Shown piece by piece: positions 1-10,430 of a DNA stretch of 39,401 bases. How positions within the stretch are numbered: position 1 is the first letter of the stretch; every line of letters starts with the position of its first letter. The position numbers and the translations under genes are program-made. Source of the stretch: Octopus bimaculoides (lineage: Eukaryota); contig NC_068983.1 of assembly GCF_001194135.2 (NCBI RefSeq), positions 167,041,357 to 167,080,757 of the forward strand, written 5' to 3'. The notes beneath the pieces are model-generated. The model made no database searches. It had not been told where the DNA came from and saw only the letters and a list, made by a program, of their open reading frames with translations.

Positions 1-119
1 AGAGTGTGGGTAATTATGTCAAATGTCACTGGCAATGTGCATTCAGCTGATTGCAACTGTTAAAGCAAGTCACTGAGCATGCGTACATGTCATACGGGAG
101 AGTTCCAATCAGGGGTGAA

Positions 120-390
120 TAACACCTTATAGGAAAGCCCTATAAATATGTGACCGGTTGTTAATGTTTGGGTACGTGTTTGAAGGAATGGTGCGTGATA
201 GTGAGCAGTATCTGTAATTCAAAGGGGCCAGCCTTGTCATATTCTGTGTCACGCTGAATCTCCCTGAGAACTACGTTAAGTGTACACATGTCTGTGGAGT
301 GCTCAGCCACTTGCATGTTAATCTCACGAGCAGGCTGTTCCATTGATCGGATCAACTGGAACGCTCGCCGTCATAACTGACGAAGAGTCA
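120..390 (+). mobile_element. Probable SINE-like dispersed repeat (3' part)
   Basis: Non-coding block ending just before a microsatellite. Recognised from memory as resembling an abundant octopus repeat; there is no second copy in the window. Confidence 0.3.
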
Positions 391-443
391 GTCTATATCT
401 ATCTATCCATCTATCAATATATATATACACACACACACAACAT

Positions 444-1043
444 GTAACAGGTAAATTGGGACCATTTAAATATCTTTATTATAATTGGTATAACTCGGGA
501 CAATCAAACATTGCAAATTTTATGCTTGTGCCAATTCATTGTGGATTGTTCAGCACTTATTTCAGTTCAATGTCACCGCCATTTGCTATCTTTACCAGTT
601 CAATCTGTTCATGAAATGATGCGCATACCTTAACTATTTCTTCCTTTTTTTAATTTTACCGAATGCTCACTTGATCGAAGCCTTCAATGAAGACACACAG
701 TTGTTAGAAGTTGCGTTGGATATTGCTTCAACTGCGCCTCATAGGCAAAAATCACTGAGATTCAAATCTGGTGAGCTAGATGGCTAGATATCTTTTGGGA
801 CAAGCATGGGTAATTCCCTCTTCAAACATTTTTGCACTTTTGCCAGCGCGGAATAATTCGGCAATTGCATTTCTACAGTTTAATTCTTTATTGACATTCG
901 TCATTTGGTCGATCAGAAGTAAAAGATAGCGTAAGTGATTATTGCAGCTTGTAATATTTAAAATTTAGACTCCAACAAAATCTATACAACACCAGAAATA
1001 CACCTATTTGATACATGTCCCAATATACCTGCTACACCCTGTA
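444..1043 (-). mobile_element. Internally deleted Tc1/mariner (maT/DD37D-like) element with both TIRs
   Basis: Left end gtaacaggtaaattgggac (444-462) matches the reverse complement of right end gtcccaatatacctgctacaccctg+TA (1017-1043). The minus strand at about 557-850 reads ..KCLKRELPMLVPKDI*PSSSPDLNLSDFCL*GAVEAI.. and ends GGDIELK*, a decayed WPPxSPDLNPxD transposase C-terminus. Confidence 0.75.
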
Positions 1044-1073
1044 TACACGCACGCACTCGCGCACACACACACA

Positions 1074-1257
1074 CACGTGGGGGTCCTGAAAAGTTTCTGG
1101 CTTTGGGTAAAAGAAAATACAGGAGGATTAGTTAATTCTGGTTTTACTCGACATATTCCTCTCTCGCAGTCTTTCAGTTTAAGCCATGTAAAAGAACTCG
1201 AAAGGTTGGGCCTTTCGTGATACCCTGAAAGCCAAGAACTTTTCACCACCCCTCATA
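1074..1257. mobile_element. Mariner-type MITE (~184 bp)
   Basis: About 30-bp TIRs: cacgtgggggtcctgaaaagtttctggcttt versus aaagccaagaacttttcaccacccctcata. Ends in TA; no coding capacity. Confidence 0.75.
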
Positions 1258-1524
1258 TGCGTGCGTGTGTGCGTCTTGTTTGTTTGTTTATGAATTTATA
1301 GATTATACGACTTGTGTATCGTCATCGTCATCGTTAATTAATTGAATTGTTAATTGTGCTCTCTGTTATTAATATTTAAGTATCTTATTTCTTGGAAGTT
1401 TATTTCTAAAGGGATTTATTAAATTCTACAAAAGGCTTATAAATCAGGGTTAGTTGTTATGTATTCATTAAGAATGGGATTAAATGAATTAAAAAGAAAG
1501 ATTCATTATGGTTTTCTTTTATCT

Positions 1525-1775
1525 ATGTTCTATCTTGTTTCAATCATTAATTAGACTACGGCCATACTGGGGCACCGCCTTGAAGAATTTCAGTCTCACA
1601 AATCGGCCCCAGTATTTATCTCTTTAAAAGCCTGGGCACTTATTCTATCGAACCCTTTGGCCGAACTGCTATGTTACGGGGATTTAAACACACCAACACC
1701 GGCTTTCAAGTGATACTGAGGGACCAACACGCACACAGAGACACACACACGCACGCACACATACGACAGTTTTCA
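1525..1775 (-). mobile_element. SINE family A (tRNA/CORE-type), 3' half
   Basis: Homologous to 29581-29790(+) and 9540-9772(+), sharing the cagcatggcc..gactgaaacaag tail and aagtacc..ctggggtcgat body. Confidence 0.75.
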
Positions 1776-1832
1776 ATAATTTTTAGACATATTTCTTTAA
1801 ATTGTATATGATTACATTTGAAACGAAATATT

Positions 1833-2046
1833 GGTTTCAAATTTCGGCACAAGGCTAGTAATTTGTGGTGGTGGCGTGGAGCAAGTCGATTAGATCGACC
1901 TCAGGATTCAACTGGTACTTATTTTATCGGCTCTGAAAGGATGAAAGGCAAAGTCGACCTCGGCGGAAATTGAACTCAGTACAAAAAAAAAACAGACAAA
2001 ATGCCGCTAACCATTCTACGAGCTCACCACTTTATTATTATTTTGT
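1833..2046 (-). mobile_element. SINE family B (tRNA-derived) with 16-bp TSD
   Basis: Minus-strand B-box-like gagttcaatttcc; homologous to 24068-24286. Flanked by the perfect direct repeat tttgaaacgaaatatt at 1817-1832 and 2047-2062. Confidence 0.8.
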
Positions 2047-2078
2047 TTTGAAACGAAATATTAAAACTTATTTTAGTT

Positions 2079-2240
2079 GCAGGCATGGCTCTAGGAACAG
2101 GTGAGGCTGTGTGGCTAAGAAGCTTGCTTCCTAACCACATCGTTCCCAGTTCAGTCCCACTGGGTGGTACTTCAGCCCTGGGACGTTAAAGCCTTGTAAT
2201 TGGATTTAGTAGACAAAAACTGAAAGAAGCTCATCGTGTA
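2079..2240 (+). mobile_element. SINE family A, 5' half
   Basis: ggctgtgtggctaagaagcttgcttcc..gttcagtccc head homologous to 8706-8872; runs into (TG)n. Confidence 0.65.
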
Positions 2241-2704
2241 TGTGCTTGTGTGTGTGTACACACACACACACATATGTATGTATGGATGAATGGATGTATG
2301 TATACACCACAGAATCCTGAAAACTGACTTTATGAGTTTATGACTCGAGAAGGACTTTTGATCTCTGTGTATTATAAGATTTTAAAGACGATTTCGGACC
2401 GGAAATCAAGACACGTAATAAATTACACATCACAGTAATAAAATGTATTTTGTAAAGAAAAAACAAAGAAACATTTAACGTTTCAGGTAGTGGTCTTTTG
2501 TCAAGAAGGAAATGAAGCGGGCAAAGAATAAATAAACTTCCATGGAAGCAATGTTGCTGTCCTATTGTGTAAAAGTGCATGGTGAATGAATGAATGAATG
2601 AATAAATAGGAGAAGGAAAGTGTGTGTGTGTGTATGGGGGAGAACGAATGGTGGCCATTAATTTCTGTGATTCTACAACCAATGAGTAACAATGACGATT
2701 ACAA

Positions 2705-2859
2705 GAGCCACAACAACAACAACAACAACAATAATAATACTATAAAGTAAAATAACAAAAAACAACAACAACAGTGTTCTCAGCAGCAAAAAAGATAATT
2801 GAATTTCAATAGAGAGAATATTAGTAGTAGTAAAACCATCACTGGACATTATTACTACA

Positions 2860-2894
<35 letters not shown>

Positions 2895-2910
2895 CACTAC
2901 CACTACTACT
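2705..2910. repeat. Compound (CAA)n/(TAA)n/(TAC)n microsatellites
   Basis: Directly visible trinucleotide arrays. Confidence 0.9.
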
Positions 2911-3007
2911 ACTACCTCAATAAAAGCAGCTAGGAGTCGGCCAACCGTAAAAGAAAAATAGACATTTGTAATAATGCCCATAACACTGAGGAAAAAAAAA
3001 AAAAAAT

Positions 3008-3235
3008 AATAATAATAATAATAATCCTTTCTACTAAAGGCACAAAGCCTGACATTTGAGGGGAGGGGACTAGTTGATTACATCAACCCTTGTGTTTCAC
3101 TGGTACTTAATTTATCGACCCTGGAAGGATAAAAGACAAAGTTGACATCGATGGAATTTGAACTCTGAATGTAGTGACAGGCAAAATATCGCTAAGCATT
3201 TCATCCAGCACGCTAACGATTCCACCTTGATAATA
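3008..3235 (-). mobile_element. SINE family B with (TAA/ATT)n tail
   Basis: Reverse complement of the 24068-24286 sequence; tail array at 3006-3025. Confidence 0.75.
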
Positions 3236-3494
3236 ATAATAATAATGGTGATGATAATGATGATGATGATCATGGCTTCTTTTATTCGCCACCAGGGCAA
3301 CGGATGACGAGGGCAATACAATGCCAGGCATAAAGTGTGAGGATTTCCATAGAATAAAAATAGGAAATGGAGTGTAGAGATGGTGTTCAATAAAAATGGA
3401 AGAAAGACGTTCACATTGTATACACCAGAAGAAGAAGAACAACAACCATAGTGACGATGATGATAATGATGACAGCAAGTCTATGAGGACCATA

Positions 3495-3680
3495 TGGTAG
3501 CTTCATCTGTTAGGAATAACAACCAAATCTCCCTCAAAAATCACACTTTACTGTCGTAAATAAGGAAAAGATGAGGTTGTTCAAGAGTTGGGAAAAAATA
3601 TGATGGATGGTTCTGGATGGATTGTCTTTGATTGTATGCATGCCTGATCATGGTTAACCTTGTGTCAAACAATATCAACA
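3495..3680 (+). mobile_element. SINE-like family D fragment
   Basis: Shares gaaataacag/cc..aaatctccctcaaa..cacac..tactgtc with 10528, 15780, 30175 and 36465. Confidence 0.45.
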
Positions 3681-3779
3681 TGATTGAAAAATCATGGGTA
3701 AGTAAGTGTAAGAACGAGTTTAAAGATTTGTCACAACAAGACAAAGCAACATCATAATGTGGAGTATTTCGAATAACAA

Positions 3780-3980
3780 TGATGACACCACCACCACCAT
3801 CACAACAACACCAACAACTACAATAACAAATAAAATAACAAAAAAACAGTAACGACAAATTAATAACCAGCATTGCAAATCAAAAAAGTGGTTACAATTA
3901 CCACCACCCCCAGCAACACTACTGCCACCACCACCACAACCACCACCACCACCACCACCACTAACAACAACAACAACAAC
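3780..3980. repeat. (CAC)n/(CAA)n microsatellites
   Basis: Directly visible. Confidence 0.9.
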
Positions 3981-4582
3981 AGCAATACTAATGTTAACAA
4001 ACAATGCTTGAGATTTGTCTCCTGATCCCTGATTAATTAAGTCCTCCGATCTGCTAGAGAAAATCCTTATTTTAAGCCGTTTTATTAAAATGGCGTCCAA
4101 GCGTTCGTCATAGCATTGTCATCAAACAATAGATTTATCAAGTCTGTAAAACGTTGATCGGAGAATGTCATTCTCTCATCTCTTACTCATTTAATTGCAA
4201 AATGGAAATTGGAATAAATGTAAAAACAAACAGATATTGGCAATGGTCTATTGTTTCCTGCAATTGGACCTTTTATGGCGACATTTGGCTATCATAGGAA
4301 ACACCAGTTCCTGGTGGACACACTGTAATGTTCTGGATTTGTTTGGAAAGACATTAAAGTTTATAAGTTTTAAGGGAACATTGGGGTTTGGCTCTTTAGA
4401 TTTCACAAGCAAAATCTAGGTTTCATTGTCATCATCATCATCATGTGCAAGATGAATGTCTTAAAACTGTTTGTAAATTACACTTCTTTATCTCCATAAG
4501 AATTTGGAAACTTTGAATGAACGTGAAATAATTTTTTAAATTCAAGTTTTGAGAGATAGGTTTTTGATGGAATAGATTGTGA

Positions 4583-4877
4583 TTATCTTTTACTTGTTTC
4601 ACGCATTGGTCTCTGGCCATGCTGGGGCACCACCTTGAAGGGTTTAGTTGAACAAATCGACTACAATACTTATTGTTTAAAGTCTGGTACTTATTCTATT
4701 GGTCTCTTATGCTGAATCACTAAGTTACAGGGATATAAACAAACCAACATACATTGTCAAGTGGTGGGAGACAAACACACACATACACACAACGGGCTTC
4801 TACACAGTTTCCATCTACCATATTCACTCACATGGCATTGATCAGCCTGGAGCTTTAGTAGAAAACACTTGCCCAAC
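4583..4877 (-). mobile_element. SINE family A (5'-truncated)
   Basis: Family A tail, body and CORE-like ttgggcaagtgttt on the minus strand. Confidence 0.75.
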
Positions 4878-6000
4878 TTCCCACACAATAATAACCATGA
4901 ATAGCACTATTTCATTCTTTTTAGAGATCACCAGGATGACATAACTTGAGGTATTAAACATTTTACGAAGTGAAATATTTCTTAAAGATTAAAAATAATT
5001 ACAACCAGGAAGAAATTCATGGAATTTGTGTTTTTCTTTTGTTTTCTTTTCTTTTTTCTTTTTTCTTATAATGTAGAAAAATAACAAATGAAGCAAACGA
5101 CAACTCCCCATTTATTTTTTTTCTTCTTTTCTTTAATTTCTTTTCCCTTTTGACATTTCTTATTTATTAAACACTCACATGTCTATCAAATGCCTGCTCC
5201 ATGCTTTGTTCTATGTTTGCTCCATCTTTTTGTTCCATGTGTACTCCATATTTTGCTCCATGTTTGCTTATGGTTTTCTTTCTGAATTCGATGATGACTG
5301 TTTTCTTCTTCTTCATCAATTGTCAATCCATTGATGATTGCACATCTTAAAGGGCAGCTGCACCAGAGCTAGAGGCTGCAGTCATACAGGCAACTTCAGA
5401 ACCATGACTAACACCACCCACATCACATGTACTCTCGCGTACTCACACGAGTGAGGAAATGACGGAAATGACAGGACTTCATTGTCGCAGACCATTCTTG
5501 CAATAATAATGACGATTGCAAGACCAAGATCTATAATCCACATTTCGGGAGAACCTGCCTACACAGTGAAGCTTTATCGTGACATTAGCAGGCTTACATT
5601 TTCTAGTACCATTATTTTTGCTGTGATAGTTCCAGTGTAAAAGAGGGCCTCGGATGATTGGTGATAGTCTCTCAGCTTGTGTAGGCCACTGGAAATCCAA
5701 TCTGTCAGCAACTGACCACTTAAAGCTGACCACTACAACTTGATTTTTTTTCATCTTCTAATGATGTGGTCATCTATCTGTTATATTTCTGAATTTACCC
5801 ATAATGCAGCAGAGCAGTGCTGACAGGACTCACCTCACCCCACAGCTAAGGAGCTACTCTCTCCCAGACAACTAAGTAGCCAAAACGGCCTTTAAATGGT
5901 CTTACAGTGTAATGGTTGACTGTCTCAACCATTTTTTTTTGGTCTCCTTTCGCTCTTCTCACTAAGTTGTCAGTCCAGAATAGGGATCCATGATTTTCTA

Positions 6001-6545
6001 GACGTGGTTCTTAACCAGGGCCCATATAGATTGGGGTGGGGGACAGGTAACAAAATAGTAAATTGGAGATCCACAATAGTATATTAAGGGCTCTTGAAAA
6101 ATATTTTGCTTTAGATGTATTGGTGATGTATTGCAAGAAACAGCCAGGTTTCTTTCTCTAACATTTTACATAATTCAGCCTACACAAGTTAAAGTGTGGA
6201 AAAGAAAATAGGAATTTTGAAAGAAACTTCTAGAGAACAAGTTTTTAACCCTTTCATTACCGTATTTATTCTGAGATGCTCTCTGTTTCTCATAATTATT
6301 TTAGATATATCAAAGAATTTAGTAAAATAACTTCGTTATCATTAAGCTAATGTTAAGAACATTAATTGTGACTAAGGTTTGGTGGAAGATTTTAATTCAA
6401 ACTTATGAAAACAAGACATTTGTACTTCAGAGCCCAGAGCTGGTTTCAGCTGGGTTGGTAATGAAAGGGCTGGGGGTCCACCAGAATAAGGTAATAATCA
6501 AACAGTAATCCAAAGATTAAAAAAATGGATCTCAACAGATGTTAT
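6001..6545. mobile_element. Possible hAT-like MITE relic hosting a second MITE
   Basis: Left end gtggttcttaaccagggcccat resembles cagtggttctcaacc-type TIRs, with gggtcca motifs on both sides of the inner MITE. The right TIR is degenerate. Confidence 0.3.
6249..6469. mobile_element. piggyBac-like MITE (221 bp)
   Basis: TTAA (6245-6248) followed by ccctttcattacc (6249-6261); perfect 13-bp inverted copy ggtaatgaaaggg (6457-6469). The right TTAA is not preserved. Confidence 0.65.
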
Positions 6546-7654
6546 AACCCTTCTAATCAGATAGCTTGGTAGGGGTGTGTGCTTAGTTGCCACCGGCTTG
6601 ACCAAGTAACGGAGGTCGGGTGGGTAATATGCTACCTGTAGCATTCCAAGCAACCTTACACAAAAATGGGCTCACATGCACATTTATGCACATGCATGCA
6701 TGCACGCGCACACACACACATCTATTTTCTCTTTGAGACCTTTTAAAATAATCTCTTCAATTATCTCATATTAATCTATTTTTCATTCTAATCTATTTCA
6801 GAAACTCTATTCATTATTTCCTGACAGCAACATCAACTGGAAAAGAACCAAAGCAGGGCATATTTGTGATGGGTTTTAACTTTGATAAACAACCACATTC
6901 AAACTTGCCAAACCTCACAACTTTGTTGTGAGTCTCAAGATTTTACTCATAATCTCACAGTCTCACTTTTTCAAGAGCAATTCCTCACACTTTTTCCACT
7001 GACAAACTCCAAAACATATTTATACATCTAAAGACTTATCACAGTCCCTAGGTGCATTTTTAGCCAACTCGTAGAAGACCCCTTCTCTACGTGGCAATGG
7101 CATCTGCAGTTATTATCTTATTGACTCTTTGGTTCTCCTATTTATGTTCTTAACTTGACTGATTCCATTATTTATCTTCTAACTTTGACTTATATCTACA
7201 AAACGCATTTGTTCTTTTACAAACAAAAAAAGAAAGAGAGAAAGAAAAAGAATATAAATAAAAATCTTTAAGGACCACATTTTATTGCTTTCTGTAGATG
7301 TCATGTGACACTGAATCCCAATTACGTTTATCCTAACGTTGACTCTTCTAGGAAATTCGAGGGCATCTCAACTACTTTTCCTAGCTCCAGGTTCGAATTC
7401 TCACAATTTCTGACTTTTGAGGGTTGGCAATTTTGTGCTTGGCTCAGATCAAACGGTTTTCCTGTGTCTGAGATTTTTTTCTGCAGAACACATGACTTAC
7501 ATGGAATGTCCTCGTACACCACAGCTCTGATTGGTCCATTTGGTCACCTGACCCTCGTTTGGTGATATCCTTCATTGATTTTTTTGGTTTCATCATTGAA
7601 AACATTTTGAACCCATTGGATGAATTGGCTTGAAGAGAATCATATATGGACAAT

Positions 7655-7800
7655 TCATCATCATCATCATCGTTTAACGTCCGTTTTCCATGCTGGCATG
7701 GGTTGGATGGTTTGACAGGGGTCTGGGAAGCCAGGAGGCTGCACCAGGCCCCAATCTGATCTGGCAAGGTTTCTACTGCTGGATGCCCTTCCTAACGCCA
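7655..7800 (-). mobile_element. RTE-type 3' tail (family C) with (GAT)n end
   Basis: Reverse complement of ttggcgttaggaagggcatccagc..ggacgttaaacgatgatg, which also ends the RTE LINE at 32565-33528. Confidence 0.8.
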
Positions 7801-7836
7801 ATAAAATGTCCTTAAATATTCCTCACACTTTGGAAA

Positions 7837-8100
7837 TACGCCATATGCCCACGGGCATAGTGGTTAAGAGTGCGGGCTACTAACTCCAAGATTCCTAGTT
7901 CAATTCCAGGCAGTAACCGGAATAATAATAATAATAATAATAACATTGAAAAATACCTTAGGAATGAGAACCCAGGTTCGAAATTTCCGCCAAGACACCT
8001 GATGAAGGCTGGAGGGTATATCAGCTGAAACGTTGTGTTAACAACAAACAAGATGAGGACAAACATCCGTCAAATGTAAATAATGTATATATTTACATGA
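7837..8100 (+). mobile_element. Chimeric SINE-like element: tRNA-like head + (AAT)n + hammerhead-bearing tail
   Basis: A-box-like GGGCATAGTGG (7853-7863), B-box GTTCAATTCC (7898-7907), (AAT)7 (7921-7942) and hammerhead core at 7994-8039. The tail is homologous to 30528-30715. Confidence 0.75.
7994..8039 (+). ncRNA. Minimal type-I hammerhead ribozyme-like motif
   Basis: Stem I GACAC(7994-98)/GUGUU(8035-39); CUGAUGA 7999-8005; stem II GGCUG/CAGCU; GAAA 8027-30; ACGU palindrome in place of stem III; predicted cut after GUU at 8034. Confidence 0.55.
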
Positions 8101-8233
8101 TAAGAATTTTAACATTTTGAGAGACATCAAGGTAATCATGTTTAGCTGTGAAACCTGAAGTAAATAAAGTTAAAAGAAATAGCGTAAAGAATTTGAGGTT
8201 CCAAAAGAATTTTGGATGGGCGTAAGTGTAATC

Positions 8234-8571
8234 TTTTATCTTTTACTTGCTTCAATCATTACACTGCAGCCCATGCTGGAACCCTGCCTTGAGGAAATTT
8301 AGTCAAATGAATCGACACTACTACTACTACCACCACTTCTTTTTCTTCTTATTAATGAAGTGGTCTGTTTTGCCGAACCACTAAGTTACAAGGATCTAAA
8401 CACAAACACACACACGATGGGCTTCTTTCAGTTTCCATCTACCAGATCCTCTAACAAGGCTTTGGTCAGCGTGAGGCTATAGTTGAAGCCATTTGCCCAA
8501 GGTGGCATGCAGTGGGATTGAGCCCAGAACCATGTGGTTGGCAATGTCTTACCATACAGCCACACCTGCAT
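8234..8571 (-). mobile_element. SINE family A, near full length
   Basis: Minus-strand head tgcaggtgtggctgtatggtaag, CORE-like ccaccttgggcaa and family tail. Confidence 0.8.
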
Positions 8572-8705
8572 ATAATGGTTAGGTCGGATATCATGTGTAC
8601 AAAAGATAAGGATTCAATCAAAGGAGTCCTTTCACCCAATATTCTTCACGCTACTTTTAAAAATTTATCTTCTTCAGATGCTGCCATTAAAAATCATAAA
8701 TACGT

Positions 8706-8868
8706 ACAGGTGTGGTTGTGTGGTAAGAAGTTGGCTTCTCAGCGACATGTTTCCAGGTTCAGTCCCACAGCATGGCACCTTGGGCAAGTGCCTTCTTTCT
8801 GCTATAGCCTCGGGCCAACCAAAGCCTTGTGAGTGGATTTGGTAGACAGAAACTATAAGAAGCCTGTC

Positions 8869-8872
<4 letters not shown>
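8706..8872 (+). mobile_element. SINE family A, 5' half (split by LINE insertion)
   Basis: A-box-like tggttgtgtgg, B-box ggttcagtccc and CORE-like ggcaccttgggcaagtg; ends in (TA)n. Confidence 0.8.
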
Positions 8873-8904
<32 letters not shown>

Positions 8905-8912
<8 letters not shown>

Positions 8913-9366
8913 GCATTTGAAGAGGCTAGGGTAACGCATGCAAGACTCAAAAAAGATTTAAGGAAGAATGTTACAATTGAGAAGGTGAATGACAATGACC
9001 TTTTTGTGTGCACAATTTGTGGCAGACCATACCTTTCTTTTGCTGGGCTCAGTTCTAGTTTGCAAACCCATGGAAAACGAAACCCCACCAACTATTCTGC
9101 CTATATGTCTGTGCATACCTTTGAATGCAACGTATGCCAGAAGGTTTGCAAATCTAATGGAGGCCTCAAAAGACATTTTAAGATCCACAAAGATCAGAAT
9201 TTATCTGCAGCTCTTTGTGATCCAAATCGGAGGTGCAATCTATGTGGGTGTCTTTTCAGAACATTGTCTGGTTTAAAAAGCCACATCAGATGCCATGAAA
9301 GGGATAAGGTGTAGGTACAGGAGGTGGTCAAACTCTGCATAAGGCGTAGTCAACCACCAACCACCA
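8905..9366 (+). mobile_element. 5'-truncated RTE-clade LINE 3' end inserted in (TA)n
   Basis: C-terminal AFEEARV..LKKDLRK followed by C2H2 fingers, a short 3' UTR, and (TA)n on both sides. Confidence 0.65.
8907..9314 (+). CDS. Open 135-aa LINE ORF C-terminus with three C2H2 zinc-finger motifs (first has His->Ser)
   Basis: C-x2-C-x12-H-x3-H at 9126-9188 and 9234-9296; same spacing at 9009-9071 with S for the first H. No TGEKP linkers, and the ATG is created by the (TA)n junction. Confidence 0.6.
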
Positions 9367-9539
9367 TATATATATAACATGGGTCGCTAATTCACAATTT
9401 TACAATCCAAAGTCAGAAATATATACGTCACTAAAGTGAACAAGGACACTAATCAGTACCACTATTGCTAGAAATAAGAGTCAAAAGACCTCAATAGCCA
9501 ACACAAACACACACACACACACACATGTATATATATACA

Positions 9540-9772
9540 TGTTTATGTGTTTGTGTGTTTTTGTGTTTGTCCCCTCTCCCACTGCTTAGCAACCAGTGTT
9601 AGTTTGTTTATGTCTCCATAACTTAGCGATTCAGCATAAATAGAACAATAGAATAAGTACCAGAGTTTAAAAAGAACCAAGTCCTGGGGTCCATTTATTC
9701 GACTAAAAACCCTTGGAGGTGGTGCCCCAGCATGGCCACTGCCAAATGACTGAAATAAATGATAAAAGATAT
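9540..9772 (+). mobile_element. SINE family A, 3' half
   Basis: tgtttgtcccc..cttagc..aagtaccag..ctggggtc..cagcatggcc..tgactgaaat, collinear continuation of 8706-8872. Confidence 0.75.
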
Positions 9773-10189
9773 ATGTTTATGCGCACATGTGTGTGTGTGT
9801 GTGTGTGCCTGTGTGTCTACAGTATTTGTGTATCCTCCTGTTTAAGAGAATCTAAATTTAGACATTTTTATCCTAAATATTTTTCCAAGATGCTTCGAAA
9901 GTGTCAAAGCTTTCCACATGTTTCAAACTTGGCCAATTTCAGCAAAAATTTTCAAGTGTGTTGACGTGAATTGCCACTCCTGCGTCTCACTCTTTCCTTT
10001 CTTTCTTTTCTTAATGACAGAAACGACAAGAACAACAAGAATCACAATAAATAGGAAAAAAAAAAAACCGAAAAGAGATAGAACAAAAATACAAAGAATA
10101 ACAGCCATAAGACAACAACAACAACAGGGAAAAAAGGAAAGAAAAAAACAGCAACATTTATCGGCCACAAATGTAAATGAAAATACGAT

Positions 10190-10430
10190 TAGTCATCACC
10201 ACCACCACCACCACCACCGTTGTCGTTATCATTGTCATCATCATCATCATCTTCAGCATCTTTGTTGTCATCGTTGTAATTGCTATCCTCCCCTCCTCCC
10301 CCTTTTCATCTTCATCATCATCATCGTTATCATTGTTGCGTTTGTATTCCCCCCTCCTCCTTCCTGCCATTGTTGTCATCTTCATCTTCATCATCATCAT
10401 CATTATCATCATCATCATCATCATCATCAC
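10190..10430. repeat. (CAC)n/(CAT)n compound microsatellite
   Basis: Directly visible; explains the poly-H/M/D/S ORFs. Confidence 0.9.

Noticed and set aside
4085-4112. YY1-like AAAATGGCG / start codon of a gene
   Set aside because: The frame closes after 7 codons, and a single 9-mer is expected by chance.
4195-4419. Exon candidate (DIGNGLLFPAIGPF..)
   Set aside because: Poor acceptor context on both strands, early stop and no recognisable family.
7544-7546. In-frame TGA read as selenocysteine
   Set aside because: No recognisable SECIS or selenoprotein homology; a stop or intron position is the simpler explanation.
7853-7918. tRNA gene
   Set aside because: A- and B-box-like motifs are present, but no acceptor stem closes. 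It runs directly into (AAT)n and a repeat tail, so it is a SINE head.
8907-9314. Host Kruppel-type zinc-finger gene
   Set aside because: No TGEKP linkers, the ATG is made by the (TA)n junction, it has a LINE-like C-terminal context and it sits inside a split SINE.
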